From sequence record DRR378314_1634: a stretch of 47,605 bases of DNA, one strand, 5' to 3'. Within the stretch, counting starts at the first letter, position 1; the number at the start of each line of letters is the position of its first letter. Made by a program: the position numbers and the translations under genes. The notes beneath the pieces were generated by a model. It did not search any database, was not told the origin of the DNA, and saw only the letters and a program-made list of their open reading frames with translations. This document shows, piece after piece, positions 8,709 through 18,427 of the stretch.

Positions 8709-9461
8709 TCACATAGACAAGCTTTTCAGTGACATGGTGGCCTGCTCGTCACCTTCTTTAAACTGCTGCATTTTAACCATGACGTAATTTAACTCCGGCG
8801 CGAACCAGAAAAAGGTCTGGCGCCGGTTATTATCCCTTATACGCCCAACTTTTATGGCGTTAACCTCACCATAAGGTAAAGATAATTGCTGGTCTCGCGC
8901 CAGCACCTCAAAACGGTATTCATCTTCTTGACCTTTTTCATCAACCACCTGGTACTTAAAAGTTTCAGAACCACTGGCCAAATCCACACGCAATTGTTCG
9001 GTCACATTGGCTTCATCAAATAAAGCGTCTTTCCAGTTCACATCCAGCATGCGCCCGGTATCCACATTGCGAACCTTTTTCTCATTCGGTTTAAATTCAC
9101 CGTGAAAGGACTTGTCCGATCCGGTGCCGGATCTCATGTAAATAAACTCTCGAGGCTCCAGTCGGCTATTCTCCTCATCGACAATAAATACGGAACGAGC
9201 TTCACGGGTGTCCGACAAAATAAACCAGGAAATGTCCGACTTTGTCCGCAGTTGCCATTCGTCCTCAGGCGACACCTCAAGATAACGGTAACCTTCACCA
9301 TATTCGCTGTCACCACGCGTGATCACATAGTCAGCCTGATACGGCTTCATTGATTGTTCGATGGGTTGCTCGGCGTTCTGCTGACTATCTGCAACAGCAA
9401 TATTCATTGCCAAACCACTTAATAATACGCTGGATACCAGCCAACTGACGGTCCTTTTCAC
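8709..9461 (-). CDS. Exported DUF3108-like protein
   Basis: Signal-peptide-like N-terminus and C-terminal RQTFFWFAPELNYVMVKMQQ. The position next to purN fits this family. GTG 9461 chosen for its spacing from GGGGAG. Confidence 0.7.
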   Translation of the reverse strand: MKRTVSWLVSSVLLSGLAMNIAVADSQQNAEQPIEQSMKPYQADYVITRGDSEYGEGYRYLEVSPEDEWQLRTKSDISWFILSDTREARSVFIVDEENSRLEPREFIYMRSGTGSDKSFHGEFKPNEKKVRNVDTGRMLDVNWKDALFDEANVTEQLRVDLASGSETFKYQVVDEKGQEDEYRFEVLARDQQLSLPYGEVNAIKVGRIRDNNRRQTFFWFAPELNYVMVKMQQFKEGDEQATMSLKSLSM

Positions 9462-9511
9462 TTTCACTTCTCCCCTTCTGTTCACTACTGGACGTTTATA
9501 TTGACAACAAA

Positions 9512-9531
9512 ATTCAAACGCCCGTTCAATT
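9512..9531 (+). promoter_or_regulatory. Possible PsrA operator upstream of fadE
   Basis: ATTCAAACGCCCGTTCAATT compared with the PsrA-type TTCAAAC-N4-GTTTGAA: left half matches, right half is degenerate. Confidence 0.4.
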
Positions 9532-9574
9532 TTTCCTTGAAAATATACTCCGGTTGATCTAACTTGCACAGTAT

Positions 9575-9591
9575 CACTGGTCAGACCTCCA
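9575..9591 (+). promoter_or_regulatory. FadR operator
   Basis: CACTGGTCAGACCTCCA matches the FadR core TGGTCnGACC and lies 17 bp before the fadE ATG. Confidence 0.8.
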
Positions 9592-9608
9592 AGTCGGAGT
9601 ATTACATT

Positions 9609-12062
9609 ATGAGTATTGCACTTTGGATTGTCGCTACTGTTATAGTCGCGGCTGCATTAATCTACAAACGAGCCAGCCTGGCTATGTTCAGCGCTGGTCT
9701 GGTTATTATGTTCGCTATTGGCAGCGCAATTGACATTGTCGGCCCCGTGCTTTGGGCTATTTTGGCAATTGTTCTGGTTCCGCTTAATATAGCGCCAATT
9801 CGTTTAAACCTGCTGACTAAGCCTATTCTTAGCGCATATCGCAAAGTAATGCCAGAAATGTCTGATACTGAGCGCGACGCACTGGAAGCCGGTACGGTCT
9901 GGTGGGACGGCGATTTATTCAGTGGTGACCCTGACTGGTCAAAACTTCATAAGGTACCTAAAGCCGAGCTAACGGCTGAAGAAAAAGCCTTTTTAGAAGG
10001 CCCATGTGAAGAAGTCTGCAAAATGCTGGACGACTGGGAAGTGACCCACGAATTAACAGACATGCCTGAGCACGTCTGGCAGTATCTTAAAGACGAGAAA
10101 TTCTTCGCCATGATCATCAAGAAAGAATACGGTGGTCTGGAGTTTTCTGCCTACGCACAGTCTCGTGTTCTACAGAAGCTTGCCGGTGTCAGCACCGTGC
10201 TGGCCTCAACCGTCGGCGTACCTAACTCATTAGGCCCGGGCGAATTGTTGCAGCATTATGGTACCAAAGAACAGCAAGACCATTACCTGCCACGCCTAGC
10301 CAGCGGTGACGAAATTCCCTGTTTCGCACTAACCAGCCCGGAAGCCGGTTCTGACGCAGGCGCTATTCCTGACTCAGGTGTGGTTTGTAAAGGTGAGTGG
10401 AACGGCGAAGAAATTGTCGGTATTAAACTGAATTTCAATAAGCGCTACATTACCTTAGCACCAGTAGCTACTGTTTTAGGTCTGGCATTTAAAATGTACG
10501 ACCCTGACAACCTTATTGGTGAAGAAGAAGAGCTGGGTATTACCTGTGCGCTTATTCCTCGCGACACCAAAGGTGTTGAAATTGGTCGCCGTCACTTCCC
10601 GCTGAACGTTCCGTTCCAGAACGGTCCTATCCGCGGTAACGACGTCTTCGTTCCATTAGATTACATTATTGGTGGACAGAAAATGGCCGGTAAGGGCTGG
10701 CGTATGCTGGTTGAATGTCTGTCAGTCGGCCGTTCAATTACCTTGCCTTCAAACAGTGCCGGTGGCATTAAGCAAATGGCTCTGGCAACTGGTGCTTACT
10801 CACGCATCCGTCGTCAGTTCAAATTACCTATTGGTAAAATGGAAGGTGTTGAAGAGCCAATGGCTCGCATAGGTGGTAACGCGTACCTGATGGATGCGGT
10901 GACTATGTTATCCACCAAAGGTATTGATTTAGGCGAGAAGCCTGGCGTTCTCGGTGCCATTGCGAAATACCACATGACTGAGAAGCTACGTGCTTGCATG
11001 GACGACGCTATGGACGTTCACGGTGGTAAAGGTATCTGTTTAGGACCGAATAACTATCTTGGTCGTGGTTACCAGGGTGTTCCGGTCGCCATTACAGTAG
11101 AAGGTGCCAACATTCTTACCCGTAGTATGATGATATACGGCCAGGGCGCTATCCGTTGCCACCCATTTGTTTTGAAAGAAATGGAAGCCTCGGCTGAAAA
11201 AGGCCCGGATGCCTTGAAGAAATTTGATAAAGCCGTGTTTGGTCATATTGGCTTTGCCATCAGTAACTTTGTTCGTTCACTGTTCTATGGTTTTGGTGGT
11301 CACCGCCTGAGCTCTGTTCCGGCTAGCGACGAAACCCGTAAATACTACCAGCAGATGAACCGCTTCAGTGCCAACATGGCATTATTGTCAGACATTGCTA
11401 TGGGTAAACTGGGTGGTAGTCTTAAACGCAAGGAACGAGTTTCTGCGCGCTTAGGTGATATGCTCAGCTACTTGTACATCGGTTCTTGTGTGCTGAAGCG
11501 TTATCACGACCAGGGTCGCATTAAAGAAGACTTACCGTTAGTTCACTGGGCTATGCAGGACACTCTGCATAAGTTACAGGAAGCACAGCTGGAAATGCTG
11601 GCGAACTTCGGTGGTGTTGGCAGCTTCATGCGCGCCGTTATGTATCCGTTAGGCCGTATTGCTAAACGTCCTACAGATAAAAACGATCATGAAATTGCCC
11701 GTATGCTTATGTCACCAAACGACGTTCGTACGCGTTTAGGTGAAGGCCAGTTCCTGAGCCCTGAAGGTCACTTTGGTTTCCTTGAAGAAACCCTGAAAAA
11801 CGTGATTGCCTCAGAGCCACTGTACGACAAAGTTTGTAAAGCAGCCGGTAAACGCTTCAGCTTTACTCAATTAGACCAGCTGGCCGCTAAAGGTAAAGAG
11901 CTGGGCGTATTGAGTGACGACGAAGTTGCTCTGCTTGAGCGCACGGAAGTTGGTCGCCTGCGTACCATTAACGTTGATGACTTTGCTCCGGAAGATTTAT
12001 TAGCCGGTCAGGCAGCATTCGATTATGCCCTGAAAAACCTTAAGAAAGACGAAGCTGCATAA
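9609..12062 (+). CDS. fadE: Long-form acyl-CoA dehydrogenase FadE
   Basis: N-terminal TM segments, [37 protein letters not shown] and [16 protein letters not shown] 9609 follows GGAG. Confidence 0.95.
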   Translation: MSIALWIVATVIVAAALIYKRASLAMFSAGLVIMFAIGSAIDIVGPVLWAILAIVLVPLNIAPIRLNLLTKPILSAYRKVMPEMSDTERDALEAGTVWWDGDLFSGDPDWSKLHKVPKAELTAEEKAFLEGPCEEVCKMLDDWEVTHELTDMPEHVWQYLKDEKFFAMIIKKEYGGLEFSAYAQSRVLQKLAGVSTVLASTVGVPNSLGPGELLQHYGTKEQQDHYLPRLASGDEIPCFALTSPEAGSDAGAIPDSGVVCKGEWNGEEIVGIKLNFNKRYITLAPVATVLGLAFKMYDPDNLIGEEEELGITCALIPRDTKGVEIGRRHFPLNVPFQNGPIRGNDVFVPLDYIIGGQKMAGKGWRMLVECLSVGRSITLPSNSAGGIKQMALATGAYSRIRRQFKLPIGKMEGVEEPMARIGGNAYLMDAVTMLSTKGIDLGEKPGVLGAIAKYHMTEKLRACMDDAMDVHGGKGICLGPNNYLGRGYQGVPVAITVEGANILTRSMMIYGQGAIRCHPFVLKEMEASAEKGPDALKKFDKAVFGHIGFAISNFVRSLFYGFGGHRLSSVPASDETRKYYQQMNRFSANMALLSDIAMGKLGGSLKRKERVSARLGDMLSYLYIGSCVLKRYHDQGRIKEDLPLVHWAMQDTLHKLQEAQLEMLANFGGVGSFMRAVMYPLGRIAKRPTDKNDHEIARMLMSPNDVRTRLGEGQFLSPEGHFGFLEETLKNVIASEPLYDKVCKAAGKRFSFTQLDQLAAKGKELGVLSDDEVALLERTEVGRLRTINVDDFAPEDLLAGQAAFDYALKNLKKDEAA

Positions 12063-12081
12063 CAGCTGAAGGTTAACCTGC

Positions 12082-12117
12082 AAACGGCGCCCCTGATTTC
12101 AGTGGCGCCGTTTTTTT
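12082..12117 (+). terminator. Rho-independent terminator of fadE
   Basis: AAACGGCGCC...GGCGCCG stem followed by T7. Confidence 0.85.
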
Positions 12118-12165
12118 ATGCTAGAATCCTGCGCTGGTCTAAAACTTATAATAAAGGCGCGAGTT

Positions 12166-13734
12166 ATGCAGTCTCCCAATAATGACTATAACGCGACCAG
12201 CAAACGAGGCTGGTTTACCCGTTTTCTCGACGGCGTTGAGTGGCTTGGTAACTTGTTACCCCACCCCATTACCCTATTCGCCGTTTTCTGCTTATTCATT
12301 ATTTTCATTAGTGGCATCGCTGCTTATTTTGGTGTCAGCGCAGTAGACCCCAGAGATGGTGAAACCGTTATCAAAGCGGTCAGCTTACTGAATGCTGAGG
12401 GAATACAACGCATTGTCACTAACCTGGTCACCAACTTTACCGGCTTCACGCCTCTAGGTACGGTTTTGGTTGCTCTTTTAGGGGTTGGTGTTGCTGAGCG
12501 CTCGGGCTTAATTTCTGCGGCTATGCGGGGGCTGGTCATGAAAGCTCCGCCGCGCCTGGTAACTGTAACCATTGTCTTTGCCGGTGTCATTTCTAACACC
12601 GCAGCCGAGCTGGGCTATGTTGTACTGGTACCACTTGCTGCCATGATTTTCTACGGCCTGGGGCGTCACCCGTTAGCCGGTTTGTCGGCCGCTTTTGCCG
12701 GGGTTTCCGCAGGCTACAGTGCCAACCTGCTCATTGGTACAGTAGACCCTTTACTGTCGGGTATTACTGAAGAAGCCGCTAAAATTATTGACCCAGCCTA
12801 TACCGTTGGCGCAGAAGCCAATTGGTATTTTATGATGGTCAGTACCTTCTTAATTGCCATTATGGGCGCGTTGATAACCGACAAAATTGTCGAACCTAAA
12901 CTCGGTAAATACAACAAAGACGAAGCCTCTATTGATTTGTCCGATCAATCCTCAATGGACCCTCTGAACAAACAGGAAAAACGAGGATTAATTTACGCCG
13001 GGTTAAGCGTTCTGGTTCTTGCCGGTATTCTGGCATTAACCGTTGTACCTGAGTGGGGTATTTTACGTCACCCGGAAACCGGTGATGTTAAAGGTTCGCC
13101 GTTCCTGAAAGGCGTGGTTGTTTACATCTTCTTCTTTTTCGCCATTCCCGGCTTCGTCTATGGTCGCACGGTTGAGACCATGCGAAACGATCGCGATGTT
13201 ATCGATGCGATGTCGCACAGCATGAGCACTATGGGCATGTATATTGTGCTGGTATTTTTTGCGGCTCAATTCGTTAACTTCTTTAAATGGACGAATTTCG
13301 GGACTATTTTTGCCATTAATGGCGCGGAGTTTCTGACCAATATTGGCATGACCGGACCTATCATTTTCTTGTTCTTCATTATGGTCTGTGGCTTCGTTAA
13401 CCTGATGCTGGGCTCGGCTTCTGCGCAGTGGGCTATTACCGCTCCTATTTTTGTGCCGATGCTGATGCTGGTTGGCTACTCACCAGAAGTAATTCAGGCG
13501 GCGTACCGCATTGGTGACTCAGTCACTAACGTTATTACCCCAATGATGAGTTACTTTGGCTTAATATTGGCCGTTGCGGCTCGTTACAAGAAGGATTTAG
13601 GCATTGGCACTCTGGTTGCCATGATGTTGCCTTATTCTATGTTCTTCTTTGTTGGCTGGTCGGTGCTTTTCTTCCTTTGGGTCTTTGTCTTTGGATTCCC
13701 TGTAGGACCAGCCGCACCGACTTATTATAACTAA
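12166..13734 (+). CDS. AbgT-family transporter (paralog 1)
   Basis: VEWLGNLLPHP, GRHPLAG, GSASAQWA and AAYRIGDSVTNVITP. Probable start ATG 12166. Confidence 0.92.
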   Translation: MQSPNNDYNATSKRGWFTRFLDGVEWLGNLLPHPITLFAVFCLFIIFISGIAAYFGVSAVDPRDGETVIKAVSLLNAEGIQRIVTNLVTNFTGFTPLGTVLVALLGVGVAERSGLISAAMRGLVMKAPPRLVTVTIVFAGVISNTAAELGYVVLVPLAAMIFYGLGRHPLAGLSAAFAGVSAGYSANLLIGTVDPLLSGITEEAAKIIDPAYTVGAEANWYFMMVSTFLIAIMGALITDKIVEPKLGKYNKDEASIDLSDQSSMDPLNKQEKRGLIYAGLSVLVLAGILALTVVPEWGILRHPETGDVKGSPFLKGVVVYIFFFFAIPGFVYGRTVETMRNDRDVIDAMSHSMSTMGMYIVLVFFAAQFVNFFKWTNFGTIFAINGAEFLTNIGMTGPIIFLFFIMVCGFVNLMLGSASAQWAITAPIFVPMLMLVGYSPEVIQAAYRIGDSVTNVITPMMSYFGLILAVAARYKKDLGIGTLVAMMLPYSMFFFVGWSVLFFLWVFVFGFPVGPAAPTYYN

Positions 13735-13739
13735 AAAGC

Positions 13740-14942
13740 TTATTCCGGCCGGCGCATTACGCGGTATGCAATTACTGCGAGTAAGCCGGCCACACCAATG
13801 ACCCAGGCCATGGCGTAATCAGTAAAGGAGCCTGCCTGACTCACCCCGGCAGAAACCAAACCCGCAATTAAAAACTGTAAGCTACCGGTTACGGCAGACG
13901 CCGAACCTGCGCGCTCTTTCTGTTCAGCCAAAGCCCCAGCCATAGCATTTGGGAAAACCATGCCTAAAGTCGAAATATAGGCAAATAACGGCAGCAATAT
14001 TCCCCAGAAGCCGGCATTAAAATACGCCATAACGCACATTACAATGGACACCACTGCCAACACCGGTAAGGAAAAATTAAGGATCTTGCGTGAGGAGTGG
14101 TACTTTAGTAACCAGCCATTAAGCTGCGAAAAGCCAATAATACCAATAGCGTTTAATCCAAACAGCCAACTGTAGTGCATGGGCTCAAGGCCAAAAACCT
14201 CAATAAACATCTTCGGTGAGCCGGTGATGTAGGCAAACAGCCCCGACTGAGCGATAGCGCCCGTTAACGAATAACGCAGAAAAGAAGGGTCTCGCAAAAC
14301 CGCCCAGTAAGTGCTGCCCGTATTTCGCATGCGCACGTCGTAGCGGCGCCCGCGGGTTTCCGGCAACACAAAGTGGATAGTCACGGCGGAGGCAACACCT
14401 AAACCGGCGACAATTAAGAATAGAGCGCGCCATCCCATCCATTCGGTTACATAGGCACCAAACAGAGGTGCCAGAATAGGCGCAACTCCCATTACCAGTA
14501 TCAGGAATGAAAACACACGAGCCGAAGCCTGCGGGGTATACAAATCACGCACCACAGCCCTTGCAATAACGATACCGGCACAAGCCCCTATCGCCTGCAG
14601 AAAACGTAAAGCAATAAGCCACTGAATATCCGGCGCAAAAGCACAGCCAATGGATGTCACCACGTATATAGCCAAACCGATATACAGCGGGTTCTTACGC
14701 CCAAATTTATCGGTCGCCGTACCATACAATAACTGGCCAATAAAAAGCCCAAAGAAAAAAGCCGTCAGCGACAGTTCAACATGATGTGTATCGGTCGCAT
14801 AGTCGGACGCAATAGCGCTGAAAGCAGGGAGATACATATCAATGGAGAGTGGCGCAAAGGCCGTCAATAACGCCAGAATAACAACTATAAAATCGAATCT
14901 GGCGTTATCGGAAACAGGGGCTGGCTCGAATGATCGAGCCAT
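13740..14942 (-). CDS. Bcr/CflA-family multidrug efflux MFS transporter
   Basis: PLSIDMYLPAF, DKFGRK, RFLQAIG and RAVVRDLY, with about 12 hydrophobic segments. Confidence 0.9.
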   Translation of the reverse strand: MARSFEPAPVSDNARFDFIVVILALLTAFAPLSIDMYLPAFSAIASDYATDTHHVELSLTAFFFGLFIGQLLYGTATDKFGRKNPLYIGLAIYVVTSIGCAFAPDIQWLIALRFLQAIGACAGIVIARAVVRDLYTPQASARVFSFLILVMGVAPILAPLFGAYVTEWMGWRALFLIVAGLGVASAVTIHFVLPETRGRRYDVRMRNTGSTYWAVLRDPSFLRYSLTGAIAQSGLFAYITGSPKMFIEVFGLEPMHYSWLFGLNAIGIIGFSQLNGWLLKYHSSRKILNFSLPVLAVVSIVMCVMAYFNAGFWGILLPLFAYISTLGMVFPNAMAGALAEQKERAGSASAVTGSLQFLIAGLVSAGVSQAGSFTDYAMAWVIGVAGLLAVIAYRVMRRPE

Positions 14943-16747
14943 TATTTATCTCCCACAGGAACATACGACTGCGTGGCAAATTCTTGCGGACGCTTCAGAA
15001 CCTCCTGCTCTCTGGCATAATCTACCAGTGACTGAGCATAATCTATTCCCGTATTACGGGCACGTCCGCGCTCACTGACTCGATAAAAGGTGTCATAACC
15101 GTCCTGACCGCCTGCAATAAAGCTGTTTGTCACCATCACGTAGGTGGCTCTGGCGGTCATTGGCTGCCAACTCTTACTGCCTTTATCCCACACTTGCAGG
15201 TTAGACACGCGGCTGCCTTTCTCTTTAGTTAAGTCCACCGAGTAACGAATACCGGCACCATAGGGGTAAGCTCGAGTTGAACCACCATCAGAAATAGAAT
15301 AAGCCAGCGCTTCTTCCATTGCCTGTTTGAACTCAGAGCCGCTCAGTTCCAGCTTAACCAGAGTATTCGCAAAAGGCAGCACATTGAAAGCGTCGCCCAC
15401 TGTGAAGTCTCCCTGGCTAATACCAGAGCGGACACCACCACCATTTTGAATAGCGAAGTCAGCTTCCGGCACTGAGTTCAGGAAAGCTTCAGCAACCAGA
15501 CGGTGAGCACCAGAACTCAGGATGTCAGCACAACCATCGCGTCTCGGCAGATCAATTTCCTGACTGCAAATTTGCTGTGGCACCTGCGCCAGCACTTCGG
15601 CAGAAAACTCTTCAACTTTGCCTTGATACTCCTGCAACATGCTTTGCAGCTCAGCGTCAGGTTCAACAAAGCTGAATACGTCACTTTCTTCCAGTGCGGT
15701 TTTAATCGGCTCGTAAGTTGTCACAATGCCGTCGCTGACCTGAATGTCTTCACTCAGCAGGTAATGCGGACGTCCGCCGCACTCTGCAATTTTGTCACCT
15801 TCAAATACCGCCTGCATCTCCCCAATTACCAATGAATATTGATAAGCATGGCCAATACAAACTTTGTCGCCGTCAGCATTGGTCAGTTCGGTTGGATAAG
15901 GCCCGTCAGACTCCATACCAAAATCACTGAAATCGCCTAACAGCGTATGCGAATCACCACCAATAACAATATCCACGCCCGGCAACTGCTGCACCAGCTC
16001 TTTGTCGCGCTCATACTGAATGTGCGTCAGCAGCACTATTTTCTCGATACCCTGCTGTTGAACTTCCGCGATATACTTGCGCGCCGTTTCCAACTCGTCT
16101 AAAAACTCAGTGGATTCATCAGGCTGCGATGACTTTTTGGTTTTACTGGCAATATCCAGACCTATAATGGCTATTTCTTCACCGCCACGTTCGACTATTG
16201 TGTAGGGCTGAAACATTTGCCATTCGCGGTCGGGGGTTAGAGCCGACTGCCCAACTTTTGGCTTAATATTTGCTCCAAGCTTCACGGTGGGACAGCTTTC
16301 AGTCCCCAATTCCTGCAGGAACTCGGCCAGTCCGGCATCGCCGGTATCAAACTCATGGTTACCAATAGTGAAGGCATCGAAACAGACGTTGTTCATCATG
16401 CGGGCGTCGGCTTCACTACCAAACAAGGTGAAATACAGGCTGCCTGTCAGGGCGTCACCGGCATGCAATGTCAGTACATTTTCGTTAGCCGCGCGTAGCT
16501 TTTTGATTTGCGCGCCAACACGAGGGAAACCGCCGGCTTCCACTTGCCACTCCTGCTCTCCCCAAACTAAGGTTTGCCGTTTGGCGTCCAAATTAGAGTG
16601 GTGGTCGTCAATGTGCAGCAACGTCAATCGAAACTCATTGCTTTCAGGCTCCTGCGGAGCAGATGCGCAACTGATTAATAATGCAGAAACAGTGACAGCA
16701 GCCACACCCCGAACTATGCGTTTTAGATTAAACTCGCCTGTTTTCAC
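14942..16747 (-). CDS. 5'-nucleotidase lipoprotein (UshA/NadN family)
   Basis: Lipobox LLISC. Metallophosphoesterase motifs DHHS, HAGD, GNHEFD and GGDSH, plus C-terminal domain motif QNGGGVR. Confidence 0.9.
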   Translation of the reverse strand: MKTGEFNLKRIVRGVAAVTVSALLISCASAPQEPESNEFRLTLLHIDDHHSNLDAKRQTLVWGEQEWQVEAGGFPRVGAQIKKLRAANENVLTLHAGDALTGSLYFTLFGSEADARMMNNVCFDAFTIGNHEFDTGDAGLAEFLQELGTESCPTVKLGANIKPKVGQSALTPDREWQMFQPYTIVERGGEEIAIIGLDIASKTKKSSQPDESTEFLDELETARKYIAEVQQQGIEKIVLLTHIQYERDKELVQQLPGVDIVIGGDSHTLLGDFSDFGMESDGPYPTELTNADGDKVCIGHAYQYSLVIGEMQAVFEGDKIAECGGRPHYLLSEDIQVSDGIVTTYEPIKTALEESDVFSFVEPDAELQSMLQEYQGKVEEFSAEVLAQVPQQICSQEIDLPRRDGCADILSSGAHRLVAEAFLNSVPEADFAIQNGGGVRSGISQGDFTVGDAFNVLPFANTLVKLELSGSEFKQAMEEALAYSISDGGSTRAYPYGAGIRYSVDLTKEKGSRVSNLQVWDKGSKSWQPMTARATYVMVTNSFIAGGQDGYDTFYRVSERGRARNTGIDYAQSLVDYAREQEVLKRPQEFATQSYVPVGDK

Positions 16748-16759
16748 CAGCTGTTCCTT

Positions 16760-17695
16760 TTAGTCTTTTATCAAACCAATTTCACGTAAGCGCTGCATTA
16801 GATAGTCATCAGCTGTAATAGGTTCATCTCGCTGAGGATTTTCATCTGAAATACAGCTTTCCAGCGGCGTGATCATCACATCCGGATTAAAATGTAAAAA
16901 GAAGGGTATTGAGTAACGCGACTTTTCATTGAACGGCGCAGGCGGATTAACCACTCGGTGCGTTGTCGATGGCAGTACATGATTCGTTAAGCGCTGCAGC
17001 ATGTCACCCACGTTACAGATAATAGCACCTTCAATAATAGTTACCGGCACCCAGGTGCCGTCTTTCGCTAACACTTCTAACCCTGGTTCACGCGACCCCA
17101 CCAATAGCGTCAGGACGTTGATGTCTTCATGCGCACCAGCACGAACCGACGGCGTATCTTCATCAATAATAGGAGGGTAGTGTAAAGGCCGCAAAATTGA
17201 ATTGCCGTTATTCACTTTGTTGCGGAAAAAGTCTTTCGGCTGCCCCAGATAAACGGACAGAGCTTCCAGCACCTGATTACCAAGGTTATCCAAAGCCGCA
17301 TAAATAGCCAGCATATCGTCTTTAAATTTAGGCAACTCTTGTGGCCAGACGTTTGGCAATAGCTGCGAGTACGGCGGCTCGCCTTCAATTTCACGACCCA
17401 CATGCCAGAACTCCTTTAAGTCGACATGTTTGGCGTCTTTAGCCACTTCAGTACCAAAGGGCGTGTAGCCTCTGGCACCGCCCTGACCCGGGCGGTGATA
17501 TTGTTTTTTTACATCTTCAGGCAATGCAAACAATTCACGACAGGTATCCAGTGCCCGTTCAATAAGCGCAGTATCGACGCCGTGCTGAGTTAAGGCAATA
17601 AAACCGTATTTTTCGTAACCATTACCGACATCTTGAGTAAAAGCATCAAAATCATTCTGATAACGGCGCATATCAACGTGCGGGATAGACTGCAT
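16760..17695 (-). CDS. Isopenicillin N synthase-family 2OG-Fe(II) oxygenase
   Basis: HxD (AHEDIN), NVGDMLQR, distal His (STTHRV) and RxS (RYSIPFF). Confidence 0.9.
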   Translation of the reverse strand: MQSIPHVDMRRYQNDFDAFTQDVGNGYEKYGFIALTQHGVDTALIERALDTCRELFALPEDVKKQYHRPGQGGARGYTPFGTEVAKDAKHVDLKEFWHVGREIEGEPPYSQLLPNVWPQELPKFKDDMLAIYAALDNLGNQVLEALSVYLGQPKDFFRNKVNNGNSILRPLHYPPIIDEDTPSVRAGAHEDINVLTLLVGSREPGLEVLAKDGTWVPVTIIEGAIICNVGDMLQRLTNHVLPSTTHRVVNPPAPFNEKSRYSIPFFLHFNPDVMITPLESCISDENPQRDEPITADDYLMQRLREIGLIKD

Positions 17696-17761
17696 GGTGA
17701 ATTCCAACTTCCTGAAAGAGCTTAGTGAATAGGCCGTTATTGTATGAATTTTCGGGTTAAA

Positions 17762-18325
17762 TCACAAGTTAGCAAGGAGCCGCTTAACCGGGTTAAAGCC
17801 TTTACGGTGTATAGGACAAGGCCCGTATTTTTCTAATAATTCCAGATGTTTGGGTGTACCATAAGCTTTGTGTTTATCAAATTCATACTGTGGGTACAAT
17901 TCATGCCACTTTAGCATCTGTCTGTCCCGCTCCACTTTCGCTAAAATTGAGGCGGCAGCAATGCACTGTTCGCTGGCATCGCCGCCAACAATGGCTTTTG
18001 CCGGTACATTCAACTCCGGAACCCGATTACCGTCCACCAGCACCATATCAGGCTTGACCGGCAGCGCTTCCACAGCTCGCTGCATGGCTTTCATCGACGC
18101 CCAGAGAATATTAATGGCTTCTATTTCGTCGGGGTCAGACTGAGCAATAGTCCAGTACAGTGCTTTTTCTTTTATTTCCAGACTCAGCTTTTCACGCTTT
18201 TTCTCGCTCAGTTTTTTTGAGTCGTTAAGCCCTTCAATGGGATTGTCCGGATCTAAAATGACAGCAGCTGCCACAACCGGCCCGGCAATAGGCCCACGAC
18301 CCGCTTCATCTGTACCACAAATCAT
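17762..18325 (-). CDS. rnhB: Ribonuclease HII
   Basis: GTDEAGRGP, LNDSKKLSEKKRE, VDGN, IAAASILAKV and YGTPKH. The longer called ORF overlaps the next gene, so ATG 18325 was chosen (GTG 18331 is possible). Confidence 0.95.
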   Translation of the reverse strand: MICGTDEAGRGPIAGPVVAAAVILDPDNPIEGLNDSKKLSEKKREKLSLEIKEKALYWTIAQSDPDEIEAINILWASMKAMQRAVEALPVKPDMVLVDGNRVPELNVPAKAIVGGDASEQCIAAASILAKVERDRQMLKWHELYPQYEFDKHKAYGTPKHLELLEKYGPCPIHRKGFNPVKRLLANL

Positions 18326-18427
18326 TGACACTTTTTCACCTTGTTCGCTTTGTTCCATCTTAGAATAATGGTTATGATACCTGCGCATAATAATTAGACC
18401 AATAAAATAACAACCAGGGGTTTCACC

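Noticed and set aside
13740..17695. Beta-lactam or other antibiotic biosynthesis cluster (IPNS-like oxygenase plus Bcr exporter)
   Set aside because: No NRPS, PKS or precursor genes are present, and IPNS-family oxygenases are widespread.
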